20,000 nt of DNA from NCBI GenBank assembly GCA_049999805.1, contig JBNGIO010006281.1, positions 68,687 to 88,686 of the forward strand. Reading direction: 5' to 3'. Below, piece after piece: positions 9,534 to 20,000 of the stretch. The position numbers and the translations under genes were made by a program. The notes beneath the pieces are model-generated. The model had not been told where the DNA came from. It saw only the letters and a program-made list of their open reading frames with translations, and searched no databases. The stretch comes from Folioceros fuciformis. Lineage: Eukaryota. The stretch's first letter is position 1. Each line of letters begins with the position of its first letter.

Positions 9534-12500
9534 TTACCGATCACTATCCGGGTCGTCGCTGTCAAGGAACTTAGCCAACTGAACTGAAAATGGATAAGCT
9601 TTTAGAGCATGTCTACGAAACTCTTCTGACGCCTTGGGTTCCCCAATTGCATGTATGAAATTGACTGCCTCCAGCCATTGTGATTCCGGGGCTGTGGGAC
9701 AAGAGCTTACTAGTGCGTTTGCAAGCAAAGAGTTGGCCCAAACTGCCACAGCCTGAGCACTAACAGAAGCTGATCCCTCATATATTTTGCCAACCAGTCG
9801 CCGCAGGGCAAGAGCAACTGCGACGTTTCCAGGCATCATTTCCAGGATACCTTCAGCAAAACTTGCTGTCTTTCGAAATGAGTTTGAATCTACGGGAAGC
9901 AAAGTATGCCCAAATGTGACAAATAGAATGTCATTGAACAGAGAATAATCTGCAGGGGGTGGACCCAGCAGCCCCTTCACAAAGGATCTAACCCGGCATT
10001 TCTTGATACTATCAGCAATCTGTGATAGTGGCTCCAGCTTCAATGCCAGCCGGGATTCTGCAAAACACCGATCAAGAAGCTCCAAGGTGTTTTGCCCCAA
10101 CAGAGAGTCACATTCAGACTCCAGTTCACAGGTACGATTTAGAAACACCACAAACTCCTTCCAGCAATGTTCAGCATCTCTCTCCTTGAGTGCGATCTCC
10201 ACACTCTTGTGGACTGTAGCCAGTGCGGCAGATGTTTCCCCAGTTAGAACTTTAAGAAGGGCAAGGTTCAGAAGAGCACACACTGAATCCTGTCCAAGTG
10301 ACATCCGATTCCCTTTACTATCAAATCTCATGAACACCTGGTTCTCTGCAGCTAAAGACAGCTGGTCCTGCATTTGCCGCATGTGCCCACTGTCATTGAT
10401 TACCACACTTGAGGAAGAACTAACACTCAATCCATTGTCAGTGGTAGGCTTACAGAAATCACGTGCCCATAATGAATATTTAACCAAAATGTTAACGGCA
10501 GCATCCTTTCCTTTCCATTTCAACGCATGTCCAGAATATTGATTCCATAAACAATGGATGCCTGGCTTGCCCTGAAATTGTAACACCGCCTCGTCAAACA
10601 CACGAAGACCCTGTTCCATTCCATTCAGCAGGAATTCCAGAGTGGCGCATTCCACAACCAGCTCCAACGAGGTTGGGTACAAGTCCAACATCTGACGGCA
10701 GAAACGAGAAGCTGAATGCCCTCCCACCGAAACCGCCAGACACCGGACATAGTTCACAGCAAGTGCTTGCCTGGCCGAGTTGGTCAACTCATCATCAGAA
10801 GTGCATATGTTCAACGGGACACAACCATTTCCCGTAGAAGAAGCTGTGCGCATCAACCGTATAACACGTTCAGACTTAGATAAACGTACAGACTCCTGGG
10901 ACATCCATCGGAGACCAAAGGGCAATTCCTGCTTGCAACCAAAGTGTAAAACAACATAAGGAGGCAGCTCCGAATACAGAACGACATGCCCACAGCATAC
11001 CCAGAGTATGCATGCGTCATGCAAAGTCAAACCAATCAGAACATGTGACGTGCTGTGGTCCCCTAGGAACAGACATTCATTTGAAGCATCAGCAATCAAT
11101 CCATCTATCCACGACAGTGCCAACTCGATATTCCCAGATACAAGCATGCAATATAACATTTGCAGTGATAGATCCAATAAATAAGGGCTTTGTGTCTTCT
11201 CATTCATGGCGCTCTTTTTCCCTTGACCAAGGGAAGACAATGCCCTCTTATAACAATCTAGTCTCTGATTTACGTCTGGTCTGCTGTCTATGAGAAGGCA
11301 CCAAAGCTCGTAAGAGTTGCTATGAATAACCTGCCACAACACGAGCAGGAAAAGTTATGTGATAATGTGCAGGTCCTCAATCCTCACAAACATGTAGTAA
11401 GTCCACAAACATGCCAAAAGCATGCTCAGACTTTTCCACAGACTCTCACATAGAAGTGTGTAGAAAAATCACACGCGTACGGTATTTCAAATCTTAAAGG
11501 CAAGACACAAAATACAGCCAGTGCCAGAAAGAAATACCGCATGGTGGAACAAGTCATCTTTGTCAATCCCATCATTGCTGTAGAAAATGGAAAGATACAC
11601 AATCCAAAGAACACATGATGATGAATTTGCCTCCAATGCTCGGGATAGATAGTATAAAGCCTGCAAAGGAATGACCAATATAGGTAAGGAACCAGAGTCA
11701 CCACCAACTGTCAGCATAAATGTCTAAGTCCAACATCCTTCCACACGCTCAAGCCTACTGTTCAAAGCAATGACATTTGGTCGAAATTTCCTCGCTGACT
11801 GTGTTCAGGTCTTATTAGATGGTATTAATAATGCAAGTGGTTCACCAAACTCATCATTGCATCAATCTTAACTCTGCATTCTATAATCTGCATATTTCAC
11901 CACAAATGTTTTCAACAGAATATTTACTTCTCTATGCAAAACCGAGCAAGCTCTGATTTGAGATGTCTCCATCCCAATGGCATGAAAGCTACTGGTCCTA
12001 ACTTCAAAAAAATATCACGTGACCAGCTTTCCGGTTAAATCACTCACAGAGGATGCAGGTTCGTCATACAGACTAGCAGCACTTACTGAGTTTTTGTTGA
12101 CTTCCTCCATATTCATGTCATAATAGATCGCATCAAGTGCAAGTTCCAACGATGACTCCACATCATTAGGTTCTCCCTGAAGTAAAAGAACAAAGCCACA
12201 GGAATGAAAGGGCACCTATAAAGAGAAAACGCCTAGAAGAACAGAAGACTGAAACATCTGCAGACGATTCCATATACCTCAACCCGTTGTTGCTTGTCTG
12301 TGCGATTGATATCACACCACCGAGGAGCATCATAGATCCGTGTCTTGAATAAGCTCCTCTTGCCACCCTTGTCTAAGAGGCAGGGCACACCCACAGGCAG
12401 GGGCCTGCTTGCAGAGTATGAGAGGAGGACAGATTGAAACGGGCCTAGTCTCATAAAAGGTTGTGGCCTTGAGTCTAGTGACCACCTAAAGTGAGACCCC

Positions 12501-15500
12501 ATCCGATAACATGGTACTTTCCCGACATAGCTGGTCCAATGCCGATCAGGACAAACTAGCGGTTTCACAATACAGGAGCCACCATCTTTGTGCACTGATT
12601 CAAGGATCAATGATATGTCTGTTCCCACATCCGTCAAGGCTCCCATATTTTCCCCAGTGGAACATGCAACATTAACAACTTCCTCCATATTTCCAGGAGT
12701 GACATGATTTACTCGAGAGCTCAAAGCCTCCTTATAGTTTCTCAACTGATGCAAAACGCCATGTGTGTCTACACTGTAATCCCTCCTATGCTGCGATTGA
12801 CACTGTACATTCTTGCATGCCCCCCTCAGCTCATAGTTACATAGAATTTTAAAACAATCAATCTCATTACTCCATGTTATCGATTCCAAAGAATATTTGA
12901 ACCAGGGAGAGAGTCTGTATGAGCGGAAGTTGAGGAGAGGGCTTCGATAACAAGGATGCTGATATGGGGGTGCACAAACTTCCCTAGAATTTGCATCCTC
13001 TGACATGCACTTATGTTTTGCAGTCACAAGAGGGAGAGGCTGAATATCAGTGTCACCTAAAGAACTAAACGTCACATTGAGAAAGGACCGGGGGACATAC
13101 AATTTCGAATCACCTCTGCCAGTTGGAACCACCAGATCGTCCACAGCTGCATCTGCTCCTGAAGCAACATCTTGCTGTCTGGCACACTCAGGACATAGGA
13201 CTACTTCTGGCGACACGTGAGACCCCAAGCTGACCTCACGGACGCTTTCACCGACCTGCAAGGCTGTACTACCATTGGCTTTTGATTGCATGTTATCAGC
13301 ACCTAGAACTGCTGTAGCACATGGGGCCTCTCCCTCTATGTTCCTACCATGGCACTGTTGGCCCTTTGACACATCTTGCACAGCCCTTTGCACATCTGCA
13401 AACTGCCCTTCCGCAGATACTTCGTTCCCAATATTTAAATCAAAGTTTGCAGAGGCAGCGATGACTTTCATGGCTCTTTCTTCATTTGACAGAGGTATCA
13501 AAGGTAATTCAACGAAATCATGTTCATCCTTAGAACCGGACGCACCAAGCTCAATACGATGAGATCCCACTGCGTTGCTTTGATCGTGACATGCATGCTC
13601 CTCGCTTAACAAATTTACAGGTTGTTCAGTACCATCGCTATGTTTCCCTACTTCTTTGATTGACAAATCCTGCCCAGAGAAACAAAAGAATGACATGCGA
13701 GCAGTTTGACCCAGGTCACAAAAAATCTCCCACAATTAGCCAGATGCACCATGCCAAATCTGAAGTTTTCCCAGCCTCTGATAACCCTGCACGTTGCATA
13801 TTATGCATGCCAAAGAAACAACTTTAAACATATCCTCTTACCATAAGAGGCTCCTCAAGGCTTCGTGCAATTATGCTGTCTGATCCACTTTTCTCAACTC
13901 CCAGGCTAGTTTGAAATGGCTCACCATCCGCACCTGCAAAATGAGTAAAGAAGGGCTTCATAAATGTTGGTTATGCGACACCAGTCACAAATTCAGAAAT
14001 TACGGGGTCCAGATTCGCCTTCATCACAATGGGACACGAAAACCTGAAGCACGCAGCTGGTCAGAGCCTTCACCCCGTGTCAAATTTGCAACCTCAGCAT
14101 TGATGTTGGCATTCTCAACCCTATCGACTTGGTCACCACTGTCGTCTGCGGCCACTGATGAACTCTCTTTGTACATTCCAATTAGTCTGCATGGGTCAGC
14201 AAATGTCACTGTTGCACCATCAGAAGCAGTAACATGATCCAGTTCACCATATGCAGGAGTTGGTGAGAGTCCGGAACCCTGACGTGGAGCACTTGTACCA
14301 GGACTGCGGAATTTTTGAAAACCAACTTTTCGAGCTTTTGCACTCTTGGCAGCTCTCCCAGCTTGCTCACCTTTCTTCCGAATCCTCTTCTTAACTGATG
14401 GGTTATTCACGGCGACTGCCTCCTCAGCAACCTCTGGAAAAGAGTTGTGCTGTCCTGGGTTGACCAGTGACGAGTACATATCTTGTCTAGTCAAATCCAG
14501 AAGCTTGCCGCCTGCATCATGCCCAGGATGATTGGCTGATCCATTGCGAGACCGATCTCCACTAACTAAGACTGGTTCAGATTGGATAGCAGGTGCAGGT
14601 TCTGTTGTCCGAAATTGTTGCATATCCTGCACTTGATGTAATCTAGAGTTTTGGGCAGGGGCTGAAGATAATTCCCCCGACGTAGGGAGAGGCGCGCTGA
14701 CACCATCCACTACTGCGTTTGTCTCCAACAGTTCCCTGTCAGCAGGAGCTGATTGTGGCCCTGCAGCAGCTGAGCACCTGGCAATATTATTCACAGGCGT
14801 GACATCCTGGCCCCTGCAGAGACCGTCAAGCGGGTCTCCAGCCCTAACCGAACACACTGGAGTGCTAGACACCTGCATATTAGGCAGAGTATTCTCAGGT
14901 TCAGGTGGAAGCGCCACCCGGCTTCCCTCTGTCTGTCTTGGAGGATAAGTGATCATATTCCCCACTCTCTGGCCGAAGTGCGTGGTGCTATTAGTCTCAT
15001 AGGTTCTTTCATTACCAGTGAACCCCACACTTTGTGCAGCTGCATTGATGCCTGGAATCATGCCAATATCCTGATTACTTAAAGGAGCACCCATTGCTGC
15101 TGCATGTAACCTGTCTGGAATGTTGATGGGATTCCTGAGTTGAGAGATGTGAGGGTGCAGAGCTGGAAGCTGGTAATTCATCAGTGGCCCCCTCCATTGT
15201 GATGAATCCCCAACGTGATGGTTACCCGGTTCTGACCTTGGCCTGGCCAAAGGTGCAGGATAGAAAGACGACATATCTACAGGCCATTGAGGTGGTAGCA
15301 AAAAAGATCGAGCAGCATAGTGTTGTATCTCAGCTGCGCGAACCTGAGATGCTAGAAACTCTCGTCTCTGGTGTAGGTCATCACAGACACGATTGGCTGT
15401 CTGCAGTGAGGCTTGGGCATCTCGGTAAGCTCTTCGAGCTGCCCGTTCCTGAACTTCACATCTGTGCCTACTGTCTTGGGCCTCATCTAACTGTCTATCA

Positions 15501-18500
15501 ATTGCCTCTTCGTCTGCCTGTAGCTTAAGATAATATTCTTGCCACTGTGAAAGTGCATTTGAGTCTGGACCACTTAAACCTGTGTGGACAGGTAGTGGAA
15601 CGTCCTTCCGTAAGTTGGCCTCTGAGTGATTTGCTTCATGAATGCTACCCCACTGTCTGTCTTTACTGCTAGCAAGGACAGCATGTCCAGTGCCATGCAC
15701 GTCTGAAGGTCGATTAGAGGCGACATTCACCATTTGTGCAGCAGCTGGTGTGAGGGATGTAGAATTCCTCAGAAGGCCTTGTGATGAGAGGGCTTGTTGA
15801 GGGCAGAGCACTGCATCTTCAGGATGGCTACATACTGACCTCGCATTGCAGACAGCACCAGCGATTGAAGAATCATGTGTGCCTCCTCCTAGAAATTGCT
15901 GGTCAGAAACAGGTTGGGCTTGAAGTCCGCTGTAGCTGGCGGTAGCTAGAGATGGAGCCCTTTCGTCCTCATGTTGCAAGACACGTCCAGCCCTATAAGC
16001 TGATGCATCTTCCTGCTGACAGGTGGCAGGTTGTAACGTCTCAACGTGACTACTAGATCGACTTGGAACATTCGCTCTCGTATCCACTGCATCAAACCTA
16101 GGCCTCTTAGGAGGCCTATCTTGGGCAGTGCTAACAGTCATACTCCCCTTGGGCTGCATGCGGTCAGGTGAATTTCGGACATATTGCCGACGTTTTGGTG
16201 ATTGGACCTCGTTCCTTCCAGCAGTGCCAATCTGAGCCTCCAATCGCCTGATATCATGGGCAAGCTTTTCAGCTCGCATTCTCTTCTGTTTGGCATAAAC
16301 GGGTGACTGGTTCTCTTGTATCTCATGACCAGAAAACCTTGACACATCTGTGATGATTCGTGGACCCTGAGTCGATGGTGTAAGTGCATTTCCGACTAGT
16401 GCCCTCTGCTCAGAACCGGCAGATCTGGTGCTTGGATTCTTACTCAACTGGCTTCCTGAGTTAATTGGAGTTGTCAAATAGCCTGAAGATACAAGAGGCC
16501 GAGACGTTCCTGCCCAAGCTTGCGGCTCCCCATGGTTCCCCGTGCTGTTGTCTCTGAAAGTGAGGGGATTCCCTCGGGTTTGAACATAACCTGCTTTCCG
16601 GGGATTAAGTGCAACTCCGGAGAGTTTTGGCACACCCCGCTTCTTAGCAGGGTTTATTTGGCCCTGCCGATGCTTTTCTAGTCTCTGTCTTTCCCGCTCA
16701 AGCTCGTTCTGTTTCTGCAGAATTGTTTGGCGCAGTGTCTCTCTTTCACCATCTCCTGCTGGGCCCGCTAACCCACCATTAAGAGCACTCGACATAGGCT
16801 GCTGAGGCAGTGTGGCCGACTGAGACGACTTCAAACCTTTAGTGGAATTCTGAACGGGTTGCTTTCCCTTTTGCTCCATGGCCGCTATTTGCTTTTTCAT
16901 CTTATCAATCTCCGACTGCAACATCTCAGGCTTTTGAGCTGCACTGTTTGAGGTCGGGTGAGTACCATGGGAAGCAATCATTTGAAAAGGCACTCTTCGA
17001 TAACTCCTACCAGTAACTTTGGTGGTACCTTGAGCCGTGCTTGCTGGCAGGAACTTGTTCTCACCATCACTGTCACTGCTTTCATCAAAGTTTATCACGA
17101 AAGCTTCTTCTTTGTGGTCACCTGAAGGTGGATTGCTCACAGCTGCCGGAAGAAGTGGTATGCACAGACTGGCAAGGAAGGCGTCAGTCTCCTTTTGAGG
17201 AGGAATTGCCAGAGGTGACACGGTCCTTGTTGAACTTTCAGGGTCGGACCTGTTGACAGTTACCCCCCTCACCCCCACAGATTCTTGGCAGCCAACTAGA
17301 ATCCAATGCAACACACAATTAGCATGGGACTAGTCCAGAAGGTTGTTCGACGAAATACAAAAGCAAAGTAAGGTGGAACAAGTCAAGTTCGGGCCACAAC
17401 AGAGCTGCAGACCTAGGGTTGAGAGGCCATCGAAAAATACCCAAAGACGCTTTCGATGGAGTAGATAAGATGCTCTGAGCTGTTGAAGGAGCGCTTAAGA
17501 CAGCAGTAGGCACGTTCAATGAAGGCACAGACCCTAGAAGTGCTACAGAGGGAGCAGCCACGGTTACTACTTCTGCTCGCGTAGTTGACACCCCCACGCC
17601 TGAGGAAGGAAGCACTGGCATATTTGGGATAACAGCATTTTCTTGAGGACTCTTACGCCCTTGATCGTATGACTCGCCAGGAACAGAAGTGGATACTTCA
17701 AGCGATCCACTCGCCTTGGGTGAAGCCCTGTGTTCGGAGCTGTTGTCCACTGAGATAGTGACTGCAGCAGCGTCTGTTTGCAGGCCAATCTGGGAGTCTG
17801 TGTGCTCGGCGTGTGAAATCTGCAAAACCATCACCCGTACTCTACGTCAAACCAAGTACACGAGTGTTGAACTCCAGAACGTAAGCCCGGTCCATATGGT
17901 TGTTCTTGCAGCAAGCCTGAGGTACTTAATTGACAGAGAATTGGCCGTCGCATCAAGGAACACATGTCGTGGGAGGGCTTGCAACCAAACCCTAAACCAG
18001 CAGGCGAGCACAAGCTAGGAGCAAGAGTGGAGTGGAAGGAGGACCAGCTAACGATGCAAAACAATCACAAAAGGGAGGGGAAAGAGTTGAGACGGTATCA
18101 GGACCTGTTGAGAGACCTGAAACGGAATACATGCATCAGGTACACCAGCAGGAACTTGTGGTCCTAATGCAGTAGCATTCTCTGCTGCTAATTCAGAAGA
18201 AGACCTTTGCGCTGCAAGTCAGGTGCAAAGAATACGTTGAGCTACACACACAATCGCAATCGCCTGGGAGGCAGCTCCAATGAGAAATTACGAGAAGCAG
18301 TTAAGCAGAAAAGAGTTTAGGGGAGGGCACAAGTACCAAACCCTAAACCATACCACAGCAGCAATGAGCAGATGAGCATACCGAGATGGAGCGGCGACGG
18401 AGCCGAAGCGCAATCCAGAGGGGAAGCTTGAGCTGTAAAAGCACTGATCAACTGCGCCTTATTCACTATGGCACAGACTTGCGGAACGGGCGTGCAGGGA

Positions 18501-19321
18501 GCCTGGACCAAGAGAAGAGGAGCTCGGGGGGATCCCCACGCCCGCTGCTGCTGTTTATCACCAGTCCCAGGCGGGGAAGGGGCTCGGGGCGACGAAATCC
18601 TGCCTCCGACACCGAAACCTCCAACGTCCTGCACAAGGCACACGAAACACCGCCTACTGTCGGACGTCCAGAGGAGCAGGGAATGCAGTCCATCCCATCT
18701 GAGCGCGGGGTGAGGGGAAACCCGACCTTTTTCTTACACCTATCAGCTTGGGGTGGATATGGCAAACAGCGAAAAGAAAGGCGAGGGCAAGAGCAAGGGC
18801 AAGGCTAGGCACCCCGACCGTGTACGAGACACAGCAGCCTGCCCGTCGTAGAAATGTGGAAACAGAGATACGCTCAGAGGAACGAACACTTGAGGCAGAC
18901 CTTTAGAGAGGTCAAGGCCCGCACTGCCGGCCGGCTCCGCGAATTGCAGCAATGCATGCAGGAAAGGGTCCGACAGAAAGGCCCGGACTCGCACGAACAC
19001 TCTCAGGCCCGCCGGGGAGTGAAGACGGGAAGAAGACAAAAATCTAGGCAAGCATTGAGAGTAGGTTGCGGTACATACCAGCGAGGACGGCGGCGGCGGA
19101 GGGTGGTCGTCGTCAGACGAGGATAGCTCCCCTTCTTCCTTCTCCTCCGGGGGCTCGGGAGACGAACAGACCACGACGGTGGAGGCGATTCTGACTGGAT
19201 GCGGCTTCTCCGCCTGCGTGTGCGTCTGCGTGTGCGTCTGGGTATGGGTTTGCGTCAGCCTGGGCTTGGGGTGGTGTTGCTGCTGCTGCTGCTGATGCTG
19301 ATGCTGATGCTGCTGCTGCTG

Positions 19322-19352
<31 letters not shown>

Positions 19353-19636
19353 TGCTGTTGCTGCTGCACCTGCGGGTAGTGGTAGTGGTAGTGGTGCTGT
19401 TGCAGCAGCTGGTGGTGCTGGTGCTGAAAGAGGTGATGATGCTGCTGCTGCGGTAGTAGTGACGGCGCCTGGGCCTGCGGCTGAGGCTGGAGTGGCCAGT
19501 ACCCGGCGTCGTGCAGCAGCACCTGCCGTACTGGTGGTGGTGGTGGTGGTGGTGGTGTTGGTGCGTGGCGCGCGATATAGTTGATAAACGATGGCCTGGG
19601 ATATCTGAGGTGCCAAATCTCGCGCCGGTCTGTCAT
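9534..19636 (-). CDS. ZFC3H1/Red1-like zf-C3H1 zinc-finger protein (putative nuclear exosome adaptor), at least ~2,550 aa
   Basis: Phase-consistent exons 19636-19079, 17819-17441, 17283-14044, 13933-13842, 13669-12278, 12176-12087, 11660-11538 and 11330-9534 (7671 nt). Extra exons in 17820-19078 are possible. Motifs: EEGELSSSDDD; FVINFDESSDSD; coiled coil EEAIDRQLDEAQ..ERAARRAYRDAQ; SPLLNFRSYRLSP followed by WSNEIDCFKILCNYELRGACKNVQCQSQH (zf-C3H1, 12788-12874); HAT/TPR-like C-terminus ALYYLSRALEAN..LWIVYL..SYELW. Resembles Arabidopsis At2g39580 and human ZFC3H1 from memory. The start codon and 5' exon linkage are less certain than the rest. Confidence 0.82.
17984..18350 (+). promoter_or_regulatory. 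Two identical telo-box-containing 16-mers (ACCAAACCCTAAACCA) in the first intron
   Basis: Exact copies at 17984-17999 and 18335-18350. Each contains the plant telomere-like AAACCCTA. Confidence 0.4.
19215..19450 (-). repeat. Coding microsatellites: CAG/CAA polyQ, QH repeats and (TQTH)n
   Basis: Translates as QQQHHHLFQHQHHQLLQQHHYHYHYPQV, a ~20-Q run, HQHQHQQQQQQHH and TQTHTQTHTQTHTQ. Confidence 0.93.
19531..19560 (-). repeat. (CCA)n polyproline microsatellite
   Basis: (TGG)n on the + strand encodes PTPPPPPPPP in exon 1 of the ZFC3H1-like gene. Confidence 0.9.
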
Positions 19637-20000
19637 CTCGCCTCTGCCATCAAGTACAAAGGCGCCTAATCCCGCACAGCAAGGAAACACTTGCGAGCAG
19701 TAGACCAGCACCGTGCGCGCCGCCGCAATACATACTCATGCTGCTGTCAGACCAATGGACTCGGCCCTATTTGGGTTCCACACCTCCGCCCGTTCCTTTC
19801 CTTCCCTGTCCGTCTCCCATAATGTGCCCTTAAACAGACGCATACTTATACGGGCTGGATTGTTGTCTCTTCACTGTCCGTCTCTGCCTGCCCTTGCTGC
19901 AACACACCACGGCCAGCCTCGGCCACCTGTCTCTCCGTCCCGGTCCCCGTCCCCCGTGCCAGTGTCTCTTTCGGCTCTCCTGCCCTCCCCTCCCCTCCAT

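Noticed and set aside
10003..10542. 179-aa + strand ORF and other + ORFs within 9534-17314
   Set aside because: Antisense shadows of the long ZFC3H1-like exons.
18386..19126. Arg-rich + strand ORFs 18386-18808 and 18854-19126 as a nested gene
   Set aside because: GC-rich intron-antisense sequence with no recognisable motif or splice structure. Cannot be supported without expression data.
19113..19616. Alternative-frame poly-Thr/poly-Ala ORF (-) and poly-Leu ORF (+)
   Set aside because: Expected stop-free frames of CAG/CCA microsatellites. Only the polyQ frame carries the EEGEL motif and a phase-compatible donor.

Overview
Eukaryotic, land-plant-like genomic DNA with compact genes and mostly short (about 70-170 bp) GT-AG introns; a bryophyte or lycophyte origin is an inference. 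From left to right: (1) about 1.3 kb with no identified product, possibly the 3' end of a spliced gene; (2) a 7-exon aldo-keto reductase (AKR4C-like, + strand, 1445-3028); (3) a decayed, internally deleted Ty3/gypsy chromovirus-type LTR retrotransposon on the - strand (~3515-7341). One of its LTRs is roughly doubled in length by a 46-bp tandem array, a 272-bp solo LTR with a perfect TSD is nested in its integrase, and its RNase H fragment is inverted; (4) a 7-exon membrane-anchored J-domain protein gene (+, 7588-8841); (5) a very large convergent gene (-, 19636-9534) encoding a ZFC3H1/Red1-like zf-C3H1 protein of at least ~2,550 aa, with an N-terminal polyP/polyQ/His tract and an EEGEL acidic motif. 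I see no clear evidence for a wholly new biological system. The most notable items are the retrotransposon anatomy and the ZFC3H1-like N-terminus. All gene models were spliced by eye and all homology calls come from recalled motifs, not database searches.
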